Shown: piece after piece, positions 10,250 through 16,864 of the stretch
Numbering within the stretch: position 1 is the first letter of the stretch
How the letters are laid out: each line of letters starts with the position of its first letter
Virus record (IMG/VR): IMGVR_UViG_3300032157_000002
Coordinates: 81,327 to 102,270 of that record
Strand: one strand, 5' to 3'
DNA: 20,944 bases
Origin: a virus
Notes under the pieces: model-generated
Databases searched by the model: none
What the model was told of the DNA's origin: nothing
Seen by the model: the letters and a program-made list of their open reading frames with translations, nothing else
Made by a program: the position numbers and the translations under genes

Positions 10250-11449
10250 ATGCTGACGACGGAGATTATCCGTAAGATCGCGCCACGAGCGCGCCAGGAT
10301 TATATTGATGCTCTTGTTGGTGGATGTGCCACCTTCGAGAAATATGCCATCAATACGCCAACAAGAATGGCACATTTTCTTGCGCAGGTTACCCACGAGA
10401 CTGGCGGCCTTACCATCGTCAGGGAAAATCTTAACTATACCGCCAAGCGGATTGGTCAGGTCTGGCCGAGCCGCCCGGAGGCGAAGAAGTTCGCGGGCAA
10501 TCCGCAAGGTCTGGCGAACTGCGTCTATAATGGCCGGATGGGGAACCGCAAGGGCTCCAATGATGGCTGGCTGTTTCGCGGCGGCTCTTTCATGCAAACC
10601 ACCGGTCGCGACAATTACGAGCGGCTGGAGAAGGAGACCGGGCTTCCTTTCGCTTCCAAGCCGGAGACCATCGAAGACCCGCGCGCAGCGTTAGTGGCGG
10701 CGTGCTGGGAGCTGGCTAAGTTTTGCTCTTATGCTGACAAGGGCGAGAAGGGCTTGCGGGCGGTGTCGAATGGCATCAATCGCGGCAATCCGGCATCCTC
10801 GGCGCTCCCGATTGGCTGGACCGACCGTCAGCTTTGCTACCAGAAGGCCGTAAATGCCCTGGGAGCCTGCGAAGCGCCTGCGGATGATATCCTGGAGCTG
10901 GGCGATCATGGCGAGGCTGTCGAGGCCCTGCAAAGCCGTCTGCTGGCGCTTGGTTATGTGGTGGGCAAGGTTGATGGTGTGTTTGGCGCGCGGGTGCGGG
11001 CGGCGGTGCTGGCGTTTCAGGCTGAGAATGACTTGACGACGGATGGCCGGGTGGGGCCGGCGACGCTGGCCAAGTTGAATTCGGATCAGGCGGTGGCAAT
11101 GCCGCTCGGCGATCGGGCGAATGAAGGCGCCAAGGAGCTGTTGGCGGCGGGCTCAACCACGATCAAGATCACCAAGATGATGAAGGCGGCGGCGACAGTT
11201 GGCGGCGCGGCGGCGCCGGTTGTTGTCACGGCCGATAACACCGGCTTGCTTGATAGTGTGCAAGGGCTCACCAATGATCTCAAGCAGCTCCAGGGGGTGA
11301 CCGGCGAGATCGTCAGCATCATCACTTGGGGCATGTCTTACTGGTACTTCCTGGTGCCGTTGGTGGCCTATCTGCTCTATCGCTATGCCGATATGATCGA
11401 AATCCGCCGCGTAATCGAGCACCAGACGGGCATCAATCTGAACCGATAG
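10250..11449 (+). CDS. Endolysin: GH19 catalytic domain + PG_binding_1 domain + C-terminal hydrophobic region
   Basis: AHFLAQ..HETGG, ENLNY, YNGRMGN, DGW.FRG...Q.TGRDNY (GH19); L..GD.GEAV..LQ..L...GY....DG.FG..FQ....L..DG.VGP.T (PG binding); IITWGMSYWYFLVPLVAYLLY transmembrane segment. Confidence 0.9.
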   Translation: MLTTEIIRKIAPRARQDYIDALVGGCATFEKYAINTPTRMAHFLAQVTHETGGLTIVRENLNYTAKRIGQVWPSRPEAKKFAGNPQGLANCVYNGRMGNRKGSNDGWLFRGGSFMQTTGRDNYERLEKETGLPFASKPETIEDPRAALVAACWELAKFCSYADKGEKGLRAVSNGINRGNPASSALPIGWTDRQLCYQKAVNALGACEAPADDILELGDHGEAVEALQSRLLALGYVVGKVDGVFGARVRAAVLAFQAENDLTTDGRVGPATLAKLNSDQAVAMPLGDRANEGAKELLAAGSTTIKITKMMKAAATVGGAAAPVVVTADNTGLLDSVQGLTNDLKQLQGVTGEIVSIITWGMSYWYFLVPLVAYLLYRYADMIEIRRVIEHQTGINLNR

Positions 11450-11458
11450 GAGAGAGCC

Positions 11459-11797
11459 ATGGGGATCATCATTGCCAAGGTGATGGGCTGGTTCGCGGTG
11501 CCGCTGATCCGCTGGGGCGCGATCGCGCTGGCGGGGGTGTTATTCACCGCCTTCATGCGTGCCGATGCAGCCGCACCTTATAAGCAAAAGGTGGCTGAAT
11601 TGGAGACGGCCATTGTGCAGCGGGACAAAATCATTGCAGACCACGAGAAGGAGGCCGATTTGGATCGCGTAAAGGCCGAAGAGCTAGACAAGGCTATTGA
11701 GGAGTTTACGCATGACATCCGCGCTAAAACGGGGACTAATTGCCTGCTGTCTCCTGAGCAGCTTAAGCGCTTGCAACAGCTTGCCGGAACCAATTAG
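11459..11797 (+). CDS. Inner-membrane spanin (Rz-like)
   Basis: AGGAGAG RBS; N-terminal TM helix then coiled coil, Cys near C-terminus; follows the endolysin and overlaps a lipoprotein gene. Confidence 0.75.
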   Translation: MGIIIAKVMGWFAVPLIRWGAIALAGVLFTAFMRADAAAPYKQKVAELETAIVQRDKIIADHEKEADLDRVKAEELDKAIEEFTHDIRAKTGTNCLLSPEQLKRLQQLAGTN

Positions 11798-11975
11798 CAC
11801 GTCGCTGCGCTGCCCTCCGGTGCCGGCAGATTTGATCCAGGAGACCAAGCGCAAGCCGCGCGTGAAGGGGAATGACGCAATACAGATTGCGGGCTGGCTG
11901 GTAGCTGATTCAAGGCGAAAAAACGCCGCCTTGATCAGGAGTATCAAATTGTACAATAGTTGCCGGGCGACCTAG
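11712..11975 (+). CDS. Outer-membrane spanin lipoprotein (Rz1-like)
   Basis: GAGGAG RBS before ATG 11712; lipobox LSAC; CPPVP Pro-rich segment; overlaps i-spanin in another frame. Confidence 0.75.
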   Translation: MTSALKRGLIACCLLSSLSACNSLPEPISTSLRCPPVPADLIQETKRKPRVKGNDAIQIAGWLVADSRRKNAALIRSIKLYNSCRAT

Positions 11976-12703
11976 CCCGGCTTTCTTAGCTTGGCAGGAG
12001 CCTTCTGCGTTTCGATAAAGCGGCGCATATCGCGTCCTGCCGCGTGCGTTTCATCTCCACACTCATGGCGGCCCCACAAATTCTTAGCTTCGATGTTGGA
12101 GGCCGCGATGCTTTCGTAGAGGTAGATGGCAGCGAGGTCTTCGCCCGGTATATTATCGCGCAGATTGGCTTTCGCGGGCAAGCCTAACTCCCGCTTCCAT
12201 TCGTCAGCCTTTTTCTGTTTATAGCCAATATAGCCCCTGTTTGTAACGTAGCCGAGATCGTTGCGGTCTTTGTTGGTCTCGCACCCATGCGCGATGAGAA
12301 CGTCAACATGTTCCTTACGCTTCTCGATGCTAGCGCTGCGGAGTTCAACGAGCTTTGGGTCTTTGCCAAGAATCTTTCCGGCAACCCATTCGTTCACCTT
12401 CACCTTGAAGGCCGGACTGATCCATTGGGCCAGATCGACTGCAACGCGAGGGTGTACCCAGGTGCCGCGCAGATGGTTCGGACCCGTTGAAATCTGGTGG
12501 ATTAAGAGGTCTGCGGGAATTCCCGCAGACCTTGAGAGTTCCGAGATGAACGCTTTGGTTGCATCAAGACGCCAGTAGTCGTTCCACCGCTTCCCATTGT
12601 TCTGGCACATTTCAGTTGCATTGAAATAGCCATCGTCGCGACGGTGATAAGAAGCGCCTCGGTGCTGGAAAGTGCGTAACGATACCGGATTTTTCTCTGC
12701 CAT
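11972..12703 (-). CDS. KilA-N domain DNA-binding/antirepressor-like protein
   Basis: DGYFNATEMC...GKRWNDYWRL..GTWVHPRVAVDLAQWISP.F (KilA-N); C-terminal TN..Y..K.ELGL...NLRDN region seen in phage antirepressor/DinD-like proteins. Confidence 0.88.
   Translation of the reverse strand: MAEKNPVSLRTFQHRGASYHRRDDGYFNATEMCQNNGKRWNDYWRLDATKAFISELSRSAGIPADLLIHQISTGPNHLRGTWVHPRVAVDLAQWISPAFKVKVNEWVAGKILGKDPKLVELRSASIEKRKEHVDVLIAHGCETNKDRNDLGYVTNRGYIGYKQKKADEWKRELGLPAKANLRDNIPGEDLAAIYLYESIAASNIEAKNLWGRHECGDETHAAGRDMRRFIETQKAPAKLRKPG
12507..12532. repeat. Perfect 26-bp palindrome inside the KilA-N coding region
   Basis: AGGTCTGCGGGAA|TTCCCGCAGACCT. Confidence 0.9.
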
Positions 12704-12804
12704 TTGGTCCCCCAGTCTGAATAAGCAATAGGATAAGCTGCTTTTTCCGGGCCGAATCTGCTATAGGATTCGCACTGTTTATCCACAAAAGAAGGGTGAG
12801 TAAA

Positions 12805-12957
12805 ATGGCAGGTAAGGGTAGCTCGACGAGCCCGAAGATTCCCTCGGGCGGCAAGGGTCCGTCTGGTGGTGGTTATGGCGCTGGCAAGTCTGGCTCGTCG
12901 GGGGCTCCGGCTCCCAAGGGGCCGTCTGGCGGCATCAAGAAGTCAGGCAAGTGCTGA
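12805..12957 (+). CDS. 50-aa Gly/Ser/Lys/Pro-rich small protein (not in ORF track)
   Basis: MAGKGSSTSPKIPSGGKGPSGGGYGAGKSGSSGAPAPKGPSGGIKKSGKC; purine-rich RBS (GAAGGGTGAG); internal KGPSGG repeat with synonymous differences. Confidence 0.65.
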   Translation: MAGKGSSTSPKIPSGGKGPSGGGYGAGKSGSSGAPAPKGPSGGIKKSGKC

Positions 12958-13046
12958 ACCGGTTTGGTGGTTAGAGGGTTCGCTGCATCCGGGCCATGCA
13001 GCACTACGTACCGGTTCCCTTTAGGCAAGGCGTTCCGGCGCGCCGC

Positions 13047-13086
13047 CAAAACAAAATCCCCCGGCTGCTAATAAGCGCCAGGGGAT
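13047..13086 (-). terminator. Rho-independent terminator (minus strand)
   Basis: Minus strand ATCCCCTGGC-loop-GCCGGGGGAT followed by TTTGTTTT; G-U pair valid only on this strand. Confidence 0.65.
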
Positions 13087-13139
13087 AAGTGTTGTGGCCT
13101 CATTATTGTCTCAAAGCTTGTATAGCGTTTGAGTTTATC

Positions 13140-13242
13140 GAGAGTGCGTTGCCCTCACCTGTTCGCCCCCGCAAGCTGGGTGATGGGCTTCTCTCAGGGC
13201 GGTCCCGATGTAGGTGAAGCGTCTCGGGGCCGTCCCATTCTT
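13140..13242 (+). ncRNA. Candidate two-hairpin small RNA or structured leader
   Basis: GAGAG..GCCC.TCACC / GGTGA.GGGC..CTCTC (13140-13195) and 12-bp GGGCGGTCCCGA/TCGGGGCCGTCC (13197-13235) with G-U pairs favouring +. Confidence 0.3.
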
Positions 13243-13310
13243 ATAGCGTAGCTCATCGGTCATGGCTGTAGCGCGGGGGACACAGTTCCTGACTTTGAGG
13301 AGTTCGCCCG

Positions 13311-13553
13311 ATGCCTGATGACAATATCCATATTCTCGATGTACAAACCAAGCTGCCTTTGCCGGTCAATCGCATCCTTGACGGCGCCCGCAATGCAGAG
13401 CTAAGCACCGCGATCGTGGTGGGCTATACCGAGGATGGTGAGGAGTATTTTGCCTCCTCTACTGGAGACATTGGCACCATCATTGTTCTTCTGGAACGCA
13501 TGCGGCTTGGGATTCTGACGGATAAGTTTGGCTCGCTGGAGCCTCTTCTTTAG
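13311..13553 (+). CDS. Small phage hypothetical protein
   Basis: GAGGAG RBS; P..RILDGA..VVGY.EDGEEYFASS..D.G....LLER pattern recalled from phage hypothetical proteins. Confidence 0.75.
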   Translation: MPDDNIHILDVQTKLPLPVNRILDGARNAELSTAIVVGYTEDGEEYFASSTGDIGTIIVLLERMRLGILTDKFGSLEPLL

Positions 13554-13674
13554 CCACTTCAAAGCCAGTAAACGGCCCGCCATAGAGGCATTGGCCCTTC
13601 TGCCGACCCGTTGCATAGGCTTTGCATTTATCGCACAGCGCGCAACGAGCCGGAAGAAGGGGAGTATCCGCCAT
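13480..13674 (-). CDS. Small Cys-rich hypothetical protein
   Basis: MADTPLLPARCALCDKCKAY..CLYGGPF; ATG 13674 after GAGA; follows the HNH gene; 3' end overlaps the convergent gene. Confidence 0.4.
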   Translation of the reverse strand: MADTPLLPARCALCDKCKAYATGRQKGQCLYGGPFTGFEVAKEEAPASQTYPSESQAACVPEEQ

Positions 13675-13708
13675 TTCTCGTATGGGATCCAAGACGGGAG
13701 TGGGCGGA

Positions 13709-14311
13709 TCAATAGCCCCGTTTGAGTTCGGCGGCGAGTTCGGCATAGCGCCGATCGATTTGCCGGATTTTGCGGGTTTTGGCGCTTTTAAAGCCGCCTT
13801 TCATTTTTGCATGGAGCGGCATGGTGCCCTGACAATTGGGGCAGAGTATGCGCAGATTCTCCAGCCGGTTATCGTGCATATCGCCATTAAGGTATTCTAG
13901 CTTCATGCGCATCGGCTTGCCGCGCCATTCTGGCGGGGCGCTGCATTCCTCGCAGAGTCCGGTCTTGAGTCCATCCTCAACCAGATGCTCGATAATGGCT
14001 TGCGGTTTGAGGGAGCGCTTGCCTTTGGTGTAGAGCGCTTCTGGGCGCAGTCGTTTGGCGGCATTGATATTGTCCAGATTGCTCGGCCGAAAGCGAAAAT
14101 GGCTGGTGTCGATGGCCAGCTCTTTTAGCCTGACTCGCACGGTTTCGCGGGCACCGCCATGATCGGCGACACCCAGCGCTCGGCAGAGCGAGGAGAGGGT
14201 TGTGACTTGGTTGGCCAGATTTTGCAGGGTGGCTTTGGACAGGGTTTTGACATAGCCGCGTGGGCGATCGGATCGTTTTTGGCGCGGGGCCGGTTTGTTG
14301 CCGTTTTCCAT
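13709..14311 (-). CDS. HNH endonuclease-like protein B, catalytic motif degenerate
   Basis: ATG 14311 with GAGGGGA RBS; N-terminal helical domain (..LCRALG..GG..IDTSHF); CEEC..W.GKP..LEYLNG...NRLENLRILCPNCQ, i.e. DH->EY and terminal H->Q. Confidence 0.8.
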   Translation of the reverse strand: MENGNKPAPRQKRSDRPRGYVKTLSKATLQNLANQVTTLSSLCRALGVADHGGARETVRVRLKELAIDTSHFRFRPSNLDNINAAKRLRPEALYTKGKRSLKPQAIIEHLVEDGLKTGLCEECSAPPEWRGKPMRMKLEYLNGDMHDNRLENLRILCPNCQGTMPLHAKMKGGFKSAKTRKIRQIDRRYAELAAELKRGY

Positions 14312-14334
14312 GGCTATCCCCTCGAATTGCAGTT

Positions 14335-14428
14335 TGGCGGAGCGGGGGGGATTCGAACCCCCGATACGGCTTTTCAACCGTATAACGGTTTAGCAAACCG
14401 CCGCCTTCAGCCTCTCGGCCACCGCTCC
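14335..14428 (-). tRNA. tRNA-Ser (anticodon GCT), CCA encoded
   Basis: GGAGCGG/CCGCTCC acceptor stem, G discriminator + CCA, D-arm GCCGAGAGGCTGAAGGC, anticodon arm GCGGT-TTGCTAA-ACCGT, long variable arm, T-arm GGGGG-TTCGAAT-CCCCC. Confidence 0.97.
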
Positions 14429-14430
14429 GT

Positions 14431-15027
14431 TTAGTGTTCGATCCCGGTCGACTCGCCATTGACCCTGCCGGCGATCGCCATCTCCTTATAGCGCCGTTCG
14501 CGCAAGGTGGCGGTGCGGCGTTTCAGGCCCTTGGTTGGGCTGAAGGTTTGCGCATAGCAATTGGGGCAAATGAGTTTGAGGTTGCTTATCTCATTGTTGC
14601 GATTATTGCCATCCTTATGCGCCAGGATCAAGTTGAGGGGCAGGCCGTTCCAGATTGGGCCTTGACCGCAATCGCAATGATTGTCGATCAAGCCTTCTGC
14701 GATTAGCAGCTCCTTATAGCGGGCGCTTTTTACCTTGACCTTGCGTTTGGTGTAATTGGCGATGACTTCTTTGCGGTCGAGTACGGTGTGAGGATTGGTA
14801 TTGCTGGCCCAGGCAAAATGTTCGGTGCTGATGCCGTGTTGCTTGGCTTTTTCGCGCAAGATGGTCTGGGCTTTTGGGCTGCGTGCGACATCGAAAATCC
14901 GGTAGACGGCGGCCCAAGACGAGACTTCTTTGACGGCGGCGGCTATTTCTTTCGGCTTGGCTTGTTCGGCATTGGCGGTTTGGTGCCGTGAGATTTTTCT
15001 GGCATTTTTGCGGGGATCGTCACTCAT
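14431..15027 (-). CDS. HNH endonuclease-like protein A, catalytic motif partly degenerate
   Basis: AAGGAG RBS; AAAVKEVSSWAAV..GISTEHF N-terminal domain; CDCG..WNGLPL.L.LAHKDG...NNEISNLKLICPNCY, i.e. D->A and terminal H->Y. Confidence 0.82.
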   Translation of the reverse strand: MSDDPRKNARKISRHQTANAEQAKPKEIAAAVKEVSSWAAVYRIFDVARSPKAQTILREKAKQHGISTEHFAWASNTNPHTVLDRKEVIANYTKRKVKVKSARYKELLIAEGLIDNHCDCGQGPIWNGLPLNLILAHKDGNNRNNEISNLKLICPNCYAQTFSPTKGLKRRTATLRERRYKEMAIAGRVNGESTGIEH

Positions 15028-15097
15028 ACGGGACTCCTTGGCTTCGACAAATGAATGTGATGCCCGACTATACCATCATCTTGATCCCTGGAGAACT

Positions 15098-15182
15098 GTC
15101 CAGCACACTTCGCGAATTATGGATGGGTGATCCATAGTAGGGCACGTTCTCTCGGGCACTGAGAGTCGCGGGTGTGCTGGAC
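15098..15182. ncRNA. Candidate three-way-junction structured RNA
   Basis: Outer stem GTCCAGCACAC(TT)CGCGA / TCGCG(G)GTGTGCTGGAC enclosing hairpins TATGGAT/ATCCATA and CTCTC/GAGAG. Confidence 0.5.
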
Positions 15183-15186
15183 GGGT

Positions 15187-15552
15187 TTACCAGTAATATA
15201 TGTGAGGCTTTTTGGCAAGCGGCCAGCACACATTATCTGGGTCTTTTGCGCCTTTCGCGATGGCGATCTCTATGATCTTGGTTCGGCGACGGCGTGGCCG
15301 AGTATGGTGCATAAGATCGTGGCGCTTGGGGTATGAATGCATAGGGCAATATGGGCCACCGATTTTCTTGCCGCTATTGCCGTGGCGACCACGGGGATGC
15401 CAAAGCGCATCCCATTCAGCGCCCTCAAGTTTCCAGTGTTCCTTGGTGATGCGCGCGGGGTGAAAGCCCCATTTTGCGCGCCAGCTTGTGTCTGAGCCTC
15501 GGATCGCACGATGCGTGCGAATGCGCGGCCGGCGTCGGCGGAAGTTCGCCAT
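15187..15552 (-). CDS. Very basic Arg/His/Trp-rich hypothetical protein (MANFRRRRPR...KPHIYYW)
   Basis: ATG 15552 with AAGGA RBS at 8-nt spacing (alternative in-frame ATG at 15579); 121 aa. Confidence 0.7.
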   Translation of the reverse strand: MANFRRRRPRIRTHRAIRGSDTSWRAKWGFHPARITKEHWKLEGAEWDALWHPRGRHGNSGKKIGGPYCPMHSYPKRHDLMHHTRPRRRRTKIIEIAIAKGAKDPDNVCWPLAKKPHIYYW

Positions 15553-15600
15553 GACGTAAGTCCTTGATCTGTTGAACATTACGTCATGGCGCTCTCCTTA
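15547..15600 (-). promoter_or_regulatory. Mini-ORF (ATG ACG TAA) leader with a 13-bp hairpin sequestering the downstream start codon
   Basis: Minus strand TAAGGAG-AG-CGCCATGACGTAA...AAGGA-C-TTACGTCATGGCG; perfect inverted repeat 15547-15559 / 15579-15591. Confidence 0.65.
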
Positions 15601-15792
15601 ACGGCCACAAGACTGGTGGGTATCATGATCGCGATGGGCCGTGGTTAAGCCGTCGCCATATTTTCGATGGTCATCAAAGTGGACCTGGGCGACGGAGGGT
15701 TGGGATCGTTGCCATGTTCCCTAGGGGTTTCATGGTTGCTCTGGGCAACGATGATCATGGAAGCTGCCAGCTAAATACTGGATTTCATTCGA

Positions 15793-16140
15793 TCAATGGG
15801 CAGCGTATTCCGGGAAGTTCTGGTCAAATACGGCGAGCGCATTTGCGGTTTCTTTTGGTGCTGGCAGGTGCCGGCTGGATAGCCTGACCAGCGTATCGTG
15901 CAGATAATATAGTGCAAGTTCTGCGCGATTCAAGCGTTTCTCTAATTTGGCTTCGATCGGCGAGCGTGGCTCGGGGAGGGGGGGATGGAAGCCATCATCG
16001 TCTTCGGCTTCGATGGCGCCGAGTGGATCGAGGCAGGCAAGGCAGGTGCCTCGGAAGCCATCGGCGGGATTATAATACCATCCGCATCCCTTGCAGCGGA
16101 TGCGGGTACTGATGAGCACGTGGCGGGCGAGGTGGCGCAT
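15793..16140 (-). CDS. Hypothetical protein with putative Zn ribbon
   Basis: CKGC..CLAC; AAGGGGG RBS. Confidence 0.6.
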   Translation of the reverse strand: MRHLARHVLISTRIRCKGCGWYYNPADGFRGTCLACLDPLGAIEAEDDDGFHPPLPEPRSPIEAKLEKRLNRAELALYYLHDTLVRLSSRHLPAPKETANALAVFDQNFPEYAAH

Positions 16141-16154
16141 AGTGGCCCCCTTTT

Positions 16155-16188
16155 AAAAAGGGGCCGGAAGTCCCCCAACTTCCGGCCC
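16155..16188 (-). terminator. Rho-independent terminator
   Basis: Minus strand GGGCCGGAAGT-TGGGGG-ACTTCCGGCCC-CTTTTT, downstream of the 16215 stop. Confidence 0.7.
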
Positions 16189-16214
16189 TTGCGCCGCATC
16201 TCCTGGTGGAGACG

Positions 16215-16595
16215 CTAAACGGATTCCTTCTTTTTACCGCGCTTGGGCTTCTGGTGTGGAGCCCTCGGGTCTGGATGTTCATCAAGTTCGGCGATATCAA
16301 AAACTGGCTTGGCCTGTTCCGTATCGGCCAGTTCGCCGATCAATTGTGCGGTGACTTCCTGGGCGCGCTCGCTGGTAGATTTGTCCAGGATGTTGACCAC
16401 CCGGAGGCAGCCGGCGATGTTGGCGAATTTTTCTTTGACGTGGATTTTGGCCTTACCTTCACGATTGGTGTGCGGCAAGGTGACGATCGAGGCGCCGACA
16501 TCTTCGCCGAGGCGCATTTCTGGCTCGATGACAAGGCCATTGTCGCCGATCAGGATTGGGGTGCCGGATGCGGTGGTGAAGAGGGTGAAGCTCAT
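16215..16595 (-). CDS. Hypothetical protein
   Basis: 126 aa; ATGA overlap with upstream gene; GGAGAG RBS; followed by terminator. Confidence 0.65.
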   Translation of the reverse strand: MSFTLFTTASGTPILIGDNGLVIEPEMRLGEDVGASIVTLPHTNREGKAKIHVKEKFANIAGCLRVVNILDKSTSERAQEVTAQLIGELADTEQAKPVFDIAELDEHPDPRAPHQKPKRGKKKESV

Positions 16596-16834
16596 GGGAT
16601 GCGAAGCTCTCCGGGCATGGGCGCGGTCTCGATGAAGCTTGGGATGGCCCGCGCGACGGTTTGGGCGGATTCGAGGCAGTCGGCTTTGGGGTGTTTGAGG
16701 CGTTCTTTAAAGTAGGCTTGCCGGGCCATGGTTTCGACTTCGTGGATTTTGACGGCCCGGCTGACGCGTCCGGAGATGGAGATGCGCACGGCCATATTGA
16801 GGCCGGTGATGGCGATTTTGTCGTCTACTTTCAT
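16592..16834 (-). CDS. Hypothetical protein
   Basis: 80 aa; fits the tightly packed minus-strand operon. Confidence 0.55.
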   Translation of the reverse strand: MKVDDKIAITGLNMAVRISISGRVSRAVKIHEVETMARQAYFKERLKHPKADCLESAQTVARAIPSFIETAPMPGELRIP

Positions 16835-16864
16835 AGCTATCGCGGTCCACCGATGAGCACGTTA

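Noticed and set aside
10195-10250. Resemblance of ATAGCGGGG to the c-di-GMP-I riboswitch 3' end
   Set aside because: GGCAAAC and GCAAAGC core elements absent
12966-13048. tRNA-like element ending CCGCCA
   Set aside because: No D-arm, T-loop or acceptor geometry
14312-14377. ORF-track start of HNH-B at 14377
   Set aside because: Lies inside the tRNA; ATG 14311 has a proper RBS
14335-14428. tRNA as attachment site or prophage boundary
   Set aside because: No integrase or duplicated tRNA 3' end in the window; phage-type genes on both sides
13709-15027. HNH genes as intron-encoded or IscB/Cas9-like nucleases
   Set aside because: tRNA is uninterrupted; no RuvC motifs, CRISPR repeats or intron core recognised
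15067-15075. Extended -10 promoter (TGGTATAGT, minus) upstream of HNH-A
   Set aside because: No convincing -35; cannot be supported from sequence alone
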